Source of the DNA: Candidatus Kapaibacterium sp.
Lineage (GTDB): Bacteria; Bacteroidota; Ignavibacteria; Palsa-1295
DNA length: 64,000 bases
Direction: 5' to 3'
Assembly: GCA_017882165.1 (NCBI GenBank)
Contig: JADGPZ010000001.1
Coordinates: 43,529-107,528 of the forward strand
A model generated the notes under the pieces. That model was not told the origin of the DNA. It did not search any database and was given only the letters and a program-made list of their open reading frames with translations. Below, in pieces: positions 41,388 to 49,652 of this stretch (position 1 is the stretch's first letter; each line of letters begins with the position of its first letter). A program made the position numbers and the translations under genes.

Positions 41388-41492
41388 AGTGCTATGGTGC
41401 TGAAGTGCTTCTTACACTTTGCGTGAGATCTGCTTTAGACCCTTAACGCCTTAGCTAAGCACTTTAGCACTTTTAGCACTTCATTACTTCTC

Positions 41493-41681
41493 TCAGGCCG
41501 CAGGCTCTTCCTTCGTCTTCATCTCCTGGACTTCCTTGCGGATTTCCTGCGCTTTTCGCTTGATTTCATTCATCGCCTTGCGAATGCGCGTGCCAGCGGA
41601 CTTATTGCTCTTATCGTAAAACTTCTCGAAATCCTTCTCGAAGCTGACGAGCAGGTCCTGTAATTCCTTAAAACGGTTCAT
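41493..41681 (-). CDS. histone H1-like small DNA-binding protein (Bacteroidota type)
   Basis: 62 aa, Lys/Glu-rich helical; FEKDFEKFYDKSNKSAGTRIRKAMNEIKRKAQEIR matches the Bacteroidota histone-H1-like family. Confidence 0.6.
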   Translation of the reverse strand: MNRFKELQDLLVSFEKDFEKFYDKSNKSAGTRIRKAMNEIKRKAQEIRKEVQEMKTKEEPAA

Positions 41682-41879
41682 CTTATTGCCTCCTATTTGT
41701 CGTATTTATGCACAAAACTATCTGATGGAAACCCTGCCGGGGCCGGCCGAATTCCCAGTGGATGAGCGATCATCCACCTCAGAACTGTATTCTAATCGCT
41801 AAAATACGAGATTCTTAGAGCAAAAGCAAGTGCCCGGGCCGAAAAATCGCGAATTTCGTGGGATTGATTGCAATCGGAA

Positions 41880-41917
41880 GGGCCGAGCGCGGATGATCGA
41901 TCACCCACGCTCGGCCC
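41880..41917. repeat. compound hairpin: 10-bp perfect stem (GGGCCGAGCG/CGCTCGGCCC) enclosing a GGATGATCGATCACCCAC palindrome
   Basis: Read directly; related palindrome GTGGATGAGCGATCATCCAC at 41758..41777. Confidence 0.75.
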
Positions 41918-41970
41918 TGATTTTGAACTCTCGCTCGTGCGTAGTTCGCGCTACGCAGCTCGCGCGATGA

Positions 41971-44154
41971 TTAGTACTTCCCTACTAATACTTCGATCAC
42001 GCCAGTGCCGGATCCAGAGAAATTCCCGAGTGACTTGCCGAGTGCCTGGCCGATCTGGAGTTTGCTCAGGTCAGCCTTCATCGCATGACCCGGTGTCGAA
42101 GAAGTCACCAGCAGATCGCCGGCGAAAATCGGGCCGTTCTCGGAAGTCACCTTCGTCGGAATGACACCGATGATGCCGAGCGGCACCTTTGCGGAGTGGT
42201 CTCCATCCATCATCACGTTTGTGAGGATCACTCCGGGTTTCGTCGCATAGACACCGGCAACGAGTCGCGAGTATGGCTCGGAGGACTTCTCGACAAGGCG
42301 ATCGCCAGCGCGCGAAATCACGAGCACATCACCTGCCGCGTAACTCGCTCGGTCGCCCGGCACATCGAATTCTTCCGCCACGTCGGCACCGCCGGTCTGC
42401 GTGCCGCCGTTGAAGAAGCCTTTGCCGGTCCGGTCGATCCGCGCGACGTGCGCGCCCGCCGACTCGAAGATCGCGCAGTTGTTACCATTAACGGTCGAGA
42501 TCGTCGAGCCGAGCATGTTTACGATCAATGCGTTGCACGTAGTGCCAACGGATGCTGCTTCAGCCAGAACGCCAGTACCACCCTGCCAGCCGAGACCATG
42601 CACACCATTGCCGGTGCCATCGGCCTCACCGTAGATCGCGTCTCCGTTTCCATTGGTGACACCCTCGATCGCAATCCCGCCCGTCTCCGTTCGGCCATAG
42701 ACGCCGATGCCGTTGCCCATACTGTGTCCATAAACGCCGACGCCATTTCCGTTGGCACCGTGGTTGATGCCACACACACCAGCGGCCAAGAGGGATGGAG
42801 TGGCAGAGGTCACTTCACCCTGGACTCCAACCGCATTGGCAGTAGAGCTGGTCTGCCCAAGAATCGCTGGGTTCGTGCTCGTCGTCGAGCTTGCAACCGC
42901 TTTGATGGCATTGCCCAACCCGGGATTATTGACTTCGACCGCGTTCGCGGTCGAGGCGGAGTTGGTGACCTCGAACAGGCCGGCACGAGCTGTTAGGGCA
43001 CCGGCACCAGTAGTGCCATAAATTCCCACACCACTATTAGACACAGCCCCCTCGACTCCATAACCGGAATTGGTCAATCCCGCGACCCCACGGGCCGTGG
43101 AAGAGCCTCCAAAGACGCCAGAGTTCGTCAGGACTCCGACGCCACTTCCATCGGATGTAAGGCCAAGCACACCGATGCCGGTCGCGCTCGTTGTGCTCCC
43201 GTTCACCCCCGCCATCGCCGCCGCGCTTGCCCCGCCGCTGATGGCCGCGCCAGCCCCAGAATTTGTGATGTCAAATAGTGTTGAACTCGATGACATCGTG
43301 TTCGAGTATGGCAACGAAAAGACGCTCGGCGTGACCCACGTCGCGCCACCCGACCCATTGGCCGCAAGCACCTGACCAATGGTCGCGGAACCCGATCCCA
43401 CCACGGCATTTGTCACAGCGCCGGCTGCGATCTTGGCCGTCGTGACAGCGCCAGCCGCGAGCTTCGCGTTCGTGACAGCATTATCCGCCAAACTAATCGT
43501 CGCCGTCGGTCCCGTCGGTCCGACAATGCTGATCGTCCCATCGATATTCTGGACGCCGAGGATTCCCGTTCCACTGCCGCCGGTGGAGCTGATGGTGACC
43601 GTGTATCCGTTGCTGGAAATTGTGGTCCCGCCAGAGCCGGCAAGAGTCAGGCTACCCGAGAGACCATTAATCGACCGCACGACGCCGGTTGCAAGTGGGG
43701 CAAGGGCGAGTGCGGTCCCAGCCAGGCGCGAGGAGTCCGCAACACGGCTGGTCCACGCTGTCGCGGCGGCGCCGAGTTTAGAACGTGGCGTCAACTCCGC
43801 GCCGCCTTCGATCGCGACGCCGAGGAAATAATCCGCTGCGGGACGCACGACACCGCCGACATCGCCGGCGTCAAACATCGGCAGCGGATTCGCATGGTCC
43901 GCGCCGAGTGTCGCGTTGAATATTCCATTAGTGAAGGTAACGGACTGCGTCTCCGTGTGGAGTGCGGTGCCGCCGGTTGCGGCAGCATAGATCGCAAGCG
44001 TCACGCTGTGCGGTCCCGAGACCGCAGTGCCGCTGCTCGTCACCGATCCCTGATAAGAGATGACTTGCTGTGCGTTAGATGATGATGATTGAAGTGCCTG
44101 GAGTACGAAGGCTCCAAGAACGAACACGAATGCGCGTAGCTGATGTGTTTTCAT
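41971..44154 (-). CDS. large secreted glycine-rich repeat protein (beta-helix/tail-fibre-like repeats, distinct C-terminal domain, no T9SS CTD)
   Basis: Signal peptide; dozens of G-x-G-V/I-x-G repeats (GVGVYGHSMGNGIGVYG...), conserved C-terminal ~150 aa. Confidence 0.65.
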   Translation of the reverse strand: MKTHQLRAFVFVLGAFVLQALQSSSSNAQQVISYQGSVTSSGTAVSGPHSVTLAIYAAATGGTALHTETQSVTFTNGIFNATLGADHANPLPMFDAGDVGGVVRPAADYFLGVAIEGGAELTPRSKLGAAATAWTSRVADSSRLAGTALALAPLATGVVRSINGLSGSLTLAGSGGTTISSNGYTVTISSTGGSGTGILGVQNIDGTISIVGPTGPTATISLADNAVTNAKLAAGAVTTAKIAAGAVTNAVVGSGSATIGQVLAANGSGGATWVTPSVFSLPYSNTMSSSSTLFDITNSGAGAAISGGASAAAMAGVNGSTTSATGIGVLGLTSDGSGVGVLTNSGVFGGSSTARGVAGLTNSGYGVEGAVSNSGVGIYGTTGAGALTARAGLFEVTNSASTANAVEVNNPGLGNAIKAVASSTTSTNPAILGQTSSTANAVGVQGEVTSATPSLLAAGVCGINHGANGNGVGVYGHSMGNGIGVYGRTETGGIAIEGVTNGNGDAIYGEADGTGNGVHGLGWQGGTGVLAEAASVGTTCNALIVNMLGSTISTVNGNNCAIFESAGAHVARIDRTGKGFFNGGTQTGGADVAEEFDVPGDRASYAAGDVLVISRAGDRLVEKSSEPYSRLVAGVYATKPGVILTNVMMDGDHSAKVPLGIIGVIPTKVTSENGPIFAGDLLVTSSTPGHAMKADLSKLQIGQALGKSLGNFSGSGTGVIEVLVGKY

Positions 44155-44571
44155 GGCAAACCGATTAAGTTGTTACCAAATGGTGGAGTACAAATATAGT
44201 CAATCCCGACGCGTTATGCAAGTCCCGCCTCGCGCGGCGGAGATTCCTGGGATGGCGAGGCGCTTACTCTGCGGCTGCTGTTGGAACGGCAGATCATCGA
44301 CACCTCGTTCTGGGATGACGATGAAGACGATTGCACTACTGCGGAGAGGCAAAAAAGTGCCGAAAACCGTGGATGATCGTGAGATCACCCATGATCTCAC
44401 ATCACCCACGAAAGCCCCCAAGCGCCGGAAGGCGAAGGCGGGTATACACAGTCCCGAGCTGACGGCCAAGCTGCGGAAGGCGCTGGAAGATATCGAGCAG
44501 GATCGCGTCCATACCGTCGATCCGAACAATCACCGCGACGGGTTCAAGGAGTTGCTCAAAAAGAAGAAGCC

Positions 44572-45054
44572 CTAAGATCTCGTGTGCGATCCCCGGTGTA
44601 GTTGGGGATTATCGACGTTCGCCCCCGGCACTTCGCTCGCGCGCTTCCGCTTTATCACGTCAATAATTTGACAGCACAGTTTATCCTGCTCGGGTGATAA
44701 GTCCGCCTGGTCGGCTTTGGAGAATCCCATCAGGAAGTAAATCTCGCCGTGGATGTGAGGATAGTAAACGATCCGGTATCCATCGCGCGCGCCCACATTC
44801 TGTCGTGGCAAGTCGATTTTGTGCGCGCCGCACGCATTTCGAAGATTCGCGCCACGTCTCGGCACGGAGATGAATTGCAATCGCTTTTCGAGATCGAGAA
44901 ATCGCTCGATGAGTCGCGTGTCCTCTGCTTCGTATTCTAAGAATGTTTCGAGAAACGACTCGATGTAATAGGGCCGATACGCCAGCGCATAATCGCCGGC
45001 CCGCCGCGCCTTGAACGCCGCGACCGCTTCTTCGAACCGTGCCAGGAAACCCAT
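44572..45054 (-). CDS. HigB-2/Gp49-like toxin-domain protein (RelE/ParE superfamily), apparently orphan
   Basis: Core GARDGYRIVYYPHIHGEIYFLMGFSKADQADLSPEQ resembles HigB-2 (GGSRIIYYF...FYLLTIYGKNEMSDL). Confidence 0.4.
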   Translation of the reverse strand: MGFLARFEEAVAAFKARRAGDYALAYRPYYIESFLETFLEYEAEDTRLIERFLDLEKRLQFISVPRRGANLRNACGAHKIDLPRQNVGARDGYRIVYYPHIHGEIYFLMGFSKADQADLSPEQDKLCCQIIDVIKRKRASEVPGANVDNPQLHRGSHTRS

Positions 45055-45071
45055 AGGCTACAAAGATACGG

Positions 45072-45123
45072 CGTTCTCGCTCTTGCCTGCGCGAGCGCTC
45101 CGGATATTCTTAGGATGGCGAGG
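45072..45123. repeat. ~52-bp direct repeat R1 flanking the rhuM fragment
   Basis: CGTTCTCGCTCTTGCCTGCGCGAGCGCTCCGGATATTCTTAGGATGGCGAGG versus R2 at 45576..45631. Confidence 0.7.
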
Positions 45124-45215
45124 GGCTTGCGCTGCGTCTGATGTTTACTCCGTCGTGCGTTTCCGAGCGATTGCCCGCAAATGTCGTATATTTACATCGA
45201 TAGTAATAGGCACCC

Positions 45216-45575
45216 ATGACACAGAACGAAACCCCCGCAGACGGCCAGCCTTCAGGGCAGCTACTTATTTACGAAGACGGCGGACTGAACATCCAGGTGC
45301 GCCTCGATGGCGACACCGTGTGGCTGACGCAGCGGCTCATCGCGGAGCTGTATCAGGTATCGCTTCCGACCATCAGCGAGCACTTGACGAATATTTATGC
45401 GGAAGGCGAGCTTTTTCCAGAGCCAACTATTCGGAATTTCCGAATAGTTCAAATCGAAGGTGGCCGCAAGGTGGCCCGTGCCCTCGATCACTATAGTCTC
45501 GATGCCGTTCTCGCCGTTGGCTACCGAGTTCGCTCCGAGCATGGGACGAAGTTTCGCCAATGGGCGACCGCACGA
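45216..45575 (+). pseudogene. truncated rhuM-like (virulence RhuM/Fic-associated family) gene, N-terminal ~120 codons only
   Basis: LLIYEDGGLNIQVRLDGDTVWLTQRLIAELYQVSLPTISEHLTNIYAEGEL matches RhuM N-terminal domain; reading frame degenerates inside repeat R2. Confidence 0.55.
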
Positions 45576-45631
45576 CGCTCTCGCTCGTTCTTGTCTGCGC
45601 GAGCGAACCGGATATTCTTGGGATGGGGAGG
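45576..45631. repeat. ~56-bp direct repeat R2
   Basis: CGCTCTCGCTCGTTCTTGTCTGCGCGAGCGAACCGGATATTCTTGGGATGGGGAGG. Confidence 0.7.
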
Positions 45632-45647
45632 TATCTCAAGAGTCAGA

Positions 45648-46397
45648 TCAGTCAGATCCTGGCTTTTGTAGAATCAATCCTGAAAGTATTGACCCGTAAA
45701 GTCCATATTCTGCAAGCATTCTCACATGCTTGCCGCCAAGATCGGAATCGATTGCGCGCGATGCTTTCCGGACCAGTTTCTCAAGCTTCATCGCTTCGCA
45801 CGCTTTGATCGACACGTCCAGAACATGCATCATCGTCACCAATGAATGAATTGGATTCGGATCTGAACCGAGTTCCTCTGAGACGTTCCTCACTAAAATT
45901 GAAAACAGAGAATTCCCTTTGAACGTGATGTCCTCTGCCGACAACAATTCCGTGCATGCTCCATATTCGTGCTCGGCGGAATTAATGTTATTGACGAATT
46001 CAAATCGAACCCCCTCCTTACGCTCTTCGAGCCAATTACCACATGCACTCTCTACGCTTGTGAAGATGATTTCTGGCATGAGAAAATCTTGAAGGCGCTG
46101 TCTGCTCATATCGCCTAACAATCCGAAGCACCTCCTCATAGTAAGGTGCATGAAAAAATAGATGTACTCATACATCAGTTCGAGTTCTCGAAGTTGTCTG
46201 GCTTTGTCGTCCGTTTCGACGATCAAGGATCTTAGCTCCCGTTGGCAAGCTTGTGCGGCTACAAAAATCGCGAGCTCAATATTTTGAAGTGGCCGCAGCT
46301 TTCGACTTTCATGTCGTCCCTTTTGACGCGCCTCATGGAACGTCCTTTTGGTCTCCCGATCTTTCGGGCTTCCGTACAATCTCGATAGTATTCCCAT
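45648..46397 (-). CDS. hypothetical all-alpha protein, co-transcribed partner of the cyclase-like gene (low GC)
   Basis: 249-aa ORF 11 bp downstream of 46408..47178 on the same strand; no TM, no recognisable domain. Confidence 0.5.
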   Translation of the reverse strand: MGILSRLYGSPKDRETKRTFHEARQKGRHESRKLRPLQNIELAIFVAAQACQRELRSLIVETDDKARQLRELELMYEYIYFFMHLTMRRCFGLLGDMSRQRLQDFLMPEIIFTSVESACGNWLEERKEGVRFEFVNNINSAEHEYGACTELLSAEDITFKGNSLFSILVRNVSEELGSDPNPIHSLVTMMHVLDVSIKACEAMKLEKLVRKASRAIDSDLGGKHVRMLAEYGLYGSILSGLILQKPGSD

Positions 46398-46407
46398 CAG
46401 TCTCCCC

Positions 46408-47178
46408 TTAGGCTTTGCCAGTAATAGTGTCTGCGACCCTCATCTGCTGACTCATTTTAGACTGCATCCACATATACTTCGCCATGATTCCTGGGTCGCG
46501 AGATTCGAGGCCTTCCCTAACGACTTCCTGAAGCGCCACTTGGTATTCACCCCATTCTCCACCCTCGAAGACGTTAGGTAGCAACTTGAAATAATTGATG
46601 TAGTGAAGGCCATCCTCATCCACAGCAAGTACGTCTTCTAACCTAAGGCCCTCCATGAGTAAAATGCGTTCTCTTGCATCCTCTAGGAGGGAATGCACAC
46701 TCGGATGAATGACAATTCGTGGATAATTTGCAGCCTTCGATTCAAGTTGATATGCCTGGATTACCGCAGGGCCAAAAAGTACCGACTCCGTGTGGCGTGC
46801 TAAGCCAAATCCAATGCCTCCACGGCACGAAAGCCCAGCAAGCCTCATTAGCTGCACCGGAATCCAATAGATCGATTGAATACTCGCAAAAACCTCTGCG
46901 GGATCATCTGCGCGAATAGAAGCGACGATACTGTCCGAAAACTGAGTTACCACGAGGCTGGGTTCACCCCTGTATCCCTTTATTCTTCTAAACAATTTTT
47001 GACTTGGCTCTAAAAGCTTCGACACCTCAATTAGCGCATCTTCTATTGCGTCAATGCGTCCCTCGTTTTGCACACCATCGTCTCCAATCGTTGCATCGAT
47101 TGCGTGCTCAAACCCAAGTATGTCGATGAAGGCTACAACGCGATTTTCGAATGTCATGATTCTGGTATAACGCATCAT
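46408..47178 (-). CDS. minimal class III nucleotidyl cyclase-like protein (adenylyl/guanylyl-cyclase fold candidate)
   Basis: Motif order VVAFIDILGFEHA (metal Asp), FSDSIVAS (second Asp), RGGIGFGLARHTESVLFGPAVIQAYQLESKA, PRIVIHPSV; start ambiguous (47178 or 47157). Confidence 0.4.
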   Translation of the reverse strand: MMRYTRIMTFENRVVAFIDILGFEHAIDATIGDDGVQNEGRIDAIEDALIEVSKLLEPSQKLFRRIKGYRGEPSLVVTQFSDSIVASIRADDPAEVFASIQSIYWIPVQLMRLAGLSCRGGIGFGLARHTESVLFGPAVIQAYQLESKAANYPRIVIHPSVHSLLEDARERILLMEGLRLEDVLAVDEDGLHYINYFKLLPNVFEGGEWGEYQVALQEVVREGLESRDPGIMAKYMWMQSKMSQQMRVADTITGKA

Positions 47179-47339
47179 TCCATAAAATGATACCCTGCTG
47201 CACCGGCAACGAAGCCACACCTCACACGCCATGCAGGCTCTTCTCGTCATTGAGTTGCGGCGTGGGTTGCTGGTGGTGTGGGGTTCGGTTGGAACCGCTC
47301 TTGCGCAATCTTAATTATCGTGTATGGAGGCACCGAGTC

Positions 47340-47555
47340 ATGCACTTAACATTTTCCGATATAGTCGAAGGCATCCGCGAACTACCGCTTGGTGACAAGA
47401 CCGAGTTGCGGGAGTTGCTGGACCACGAACTGATCGCGGCACGCCGCACGGAGATCGACGCGAGCCACGCCGAGACGATGGCGGAGTGGGAGCGCGGCGA
47501 GCTAACGCCAACGTCCGATGTCAATGAGATCATGCGCCGGTTGAATGCGGCATGA
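47340..47555 (+). CDS. type II antitoxin (addiction-module component, helical)
   Basis: 72 aa, GGAGG 10 bp upstream, 4-nt ATGA overlap with RelE-like gene. Confidence 0.5.
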   Translation: MHLTFSDIVEGIRELPLGDKTELRELLDHELIAARRTEIDASHAETMAEWERGELTPTSDVNEIMRRLNAA

Positions 47556-47821
47556 TTCAGGTCGCTGAGGGTTCGTCGTTTCGAAGAGCGTACAAACGCT
47601 TCATCAAGTCTCATCCTGATCTTGAGGAGAAGCTCCGCGAGCAGTTAGGCCGCTTCATCCAACACCCACACGATCCTCGGCTCCAGACTCATTCCCTCTC
47701 TGGCAAGCTCGATGGCCGGTGGGCCTTCAGCATCACGAAGAAGTATCGAGTCGTGTTCTATTTCGAGCGAGACGATCTGGCCTTCCTCGAAGACATTGGT
47801 ACCCACGACGACGTTTACTAA
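47552..47821 (+). CDS. RelE/StbE/YafQ-family mRNA interferase toxin
   Basis: HSLSGKLDGRWAFSITKKYRVVFYFERDDLAFLEDIGTHDDVY typical RelE C-terminal core. Confidence 0.72.
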   Translation: MIQVAEGSSFRRAYKRFIKSHPDLEEKLREQLGRFIQHPHDPRLQTHSLSGKLDGRWAFSITKKYRVVFYFERDDLAFLEDIGTHDDVY

Positions 47822-48095
47822 TCTTACCTCCCGCAAAGACATCCTTCGGCACGGGCAGGGAGTCCCGGATGTTCTCGGGACGAATTCCTGAGATTTTTGA
47901 AATTTTCGGGAACGCGGGTTTTGGGGGTGTTCATGAACTCCAAACAAAAAAGAGAGATCGAATTATTTTGACTTTTCTTTCCCGCGGAATGAGTTTGATG
48001 AATTTCAAACTCAATTAGTGAAATTCTTGGCTACCTGAAAGCGATCCTTCGTCCGCCGCAGCGGACTCAGGATGACAGTTTGTTTATAGAAAGTT

Positions 48096-49295
48096 ATGAC
48101 AGAAGCTTATATTCTCTCCGCTTGCCGGACACCGTTTGGGAAATATGGTGGCGCACTGAAAGATGTCCGTCCGGACGACATGGCTGCCTTAGTGATGAAG
48201 GAGGCCGTTCGACGCGCCGGAATCGATGCGGCTGAAATCGACGACGTGATGTTCGGCTGCGCCAATCAGGCCGGGGAGGACAACCGCAACGTGGCGCGGA
48301 TGGGTGCTCTGCTGGCGGGTTTCCCGGAGCGCGTGCCGGCCGTGACGCTGAACCGGCTGTGCGGCTCGTCGATGGACGCGGTGATTCAGGCGGCGCGGGC
48401 GATCCGCGCGGGCGAGGCGGAGATCGTCGTGGCCGGTGGGGTCGAGAGCATGACGCGCGCGCCCTACTCGCTGCCGAAGAATGTGTCGGGTGCGGCGCTT
48501 TTCGGGAATATCCAGGCGTATGATACGGCGCTCGGCTGGCGCTATCCGAATCCGAAGATGGAGGCGATGTTCCCGCTGGAATCGATGGGCGAGACCGCCG
48601 AGAATGTCGCCGAGCAGTGGAAGGTCTCGCGTGAGGATCAGGATGCGTTTGCCTACGAGTCGCACCAGCGCGCGATCGCGGCACAGAAGCGCGGCGACTA
48701 TGCGGAGGAGATCGTGCCGGTCGAGATCGCGTCGAAGAAGGGGACGACCGTCGTCGCGCAGGACGAGCAGCCGCGCGCCGATACAACCATTGAGAAGCTG
48801 GCGACGCTGAAGGCCGCCTTCCGCAAAGGCGGGTCGGTGACGGCGGGGAATTCGAGCAGCTTGAACGATGGCGCGAGCGCGGTCGTCGTCGTGAGTGGAT
48901 CAGTTCTGAAACGACTCGGCGTCGAACCGCTCGGACGGTATGTATCGAGTGGTGTCGAAGGACTTTCGCCGCGCTGCATGGGCGTGGGACCCATATACGC
49001 GACACGGAGGGCCTTGGCACTGGCGAAGTTGGATGTGAAGGACATCGATCTTTGGGAGTTGAACGAGGCATTCGCGGCTCAGAGCTTGCCGGTGATCCGT
49101 GAGTTGGGAATCGATCCGGCGCGAGTGAATCCGAACGGTGGCGCGATTGCGATCGGGCATCCGCTTGGCGCAAGCGGTGGTCGGTTGGTCGGCGCGTTGC
49201 TTTATGAGATGCGTCGTAAGAAGCTGAAGCGCGGCGTGGCGACGATGTGCATCGGTGTGGGACAAGGAATCGCGGCCATTTTCGAGCGAGATTAG
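48096..49295 (+). CDS. acetyl-CoA C-acyltransferase (thiolase)
   Basis: Active-site Cys LNRLCGSSM, C-terminal NPNGGAIAIGHPLGASG and CIGVGQG thiolase signatures. Confidence 0.92.
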   Translation: MTEAYILSACRTPFGKYGGALKDVRPDDMAALVMKEAVRRAGIDAAEIDDVMFGCANQAGEDNRNVARMGALLAGFPERVPAVTLNRLCGSSMDAVIQAARAIRAGEAEIVVAGGVESMTRAPYSLPKNVSGAALFGNIQAYDTALGWRYPNPKMEAMFPLESMGETAENVAEQWKVSREDQDAFAYESHQRAIAAQKRGDYAEEIVPVEIASKKGTTVVAQDEQPRADTTIEKLATLKAAFRKGGSVTAGNSSSLNDGASAVVVVSGSVLKRLGVEPLGRYVSSGVEGLSPRCMGVGPIYATRRALALAKLDVKDIDLWELNEAFAAQSLPVIRELGIDPARVNPNGGAIAIGHPLGASGGRLVGALLYEMRRKKLKRGVATMCIGVGQGIAAIFERD

Positions 49296-49298
49296 ATT

Positions 49299-49652
49299 AT
49301 GTGGATCCGGCTGAAGAACATTCAGGTCTATGCGTATCACGGCGCGCACGCGCACGAGCGCGAGCATGGCGGGCGATTCGAGATCGACGTTGAACTGCGA
49401 GCCGATCTGGAGCGCGCGGCGAAGAGCGATGATCTTGTCGACACGATCGACTACGTGAAGCTGCAGCGATTGGTGCTCGAAGTCAGCTCGACGAAACGCC
49501 GATTGTTGGAATCACTGGCCGATGCGATTGCAGCGAAACTGCTGGCGGAGTTTCCTGCGGAGGAAGTGATCATCAGGGTTCGCAAGCCCGGCGCGGCGAT
49601 TGGTGGTGTGCTCGATAGCGTGGAAGTAGAATGCCGGAAGAGCCGATCGTAG
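49299..49652 (+). CDS. folB: dihydroneopterin aldolase
   Basis: Length ~117 aa, YAYHGAHAHEREHGGRFEIDVEL pattern. Confidence 0.82.
   Translation: MWIRLKNIQVYAYHGAHAHEREHGGRFEIDVELRADLERAAKSDDLVDTIDYVKLQRLVLEVSSTKRRLLESLADAIAAKLLAEFPAEEVIIRVRKPGAAIGGVLDSVEVECRKSRS

Noticed and set aside
44153-44575. 140-aa plus-strand ORF (or shorter 44315..44575 version)
   Set aside because: N-terminal half is junk-like. The ORF contains a 42-bp palindromic repeat element. The C-terminal Lys-rich segment could be a real small protein but there is no supporting motif, so it is kept only as a note in the findings.
48094-49173. 359-aa Arg/Pro/Ser-rich ORF on the minus strand
   Set aside because: Antisense to the thiolase gene; low-complexity composition characteristic of spurious high-GC ORFs.
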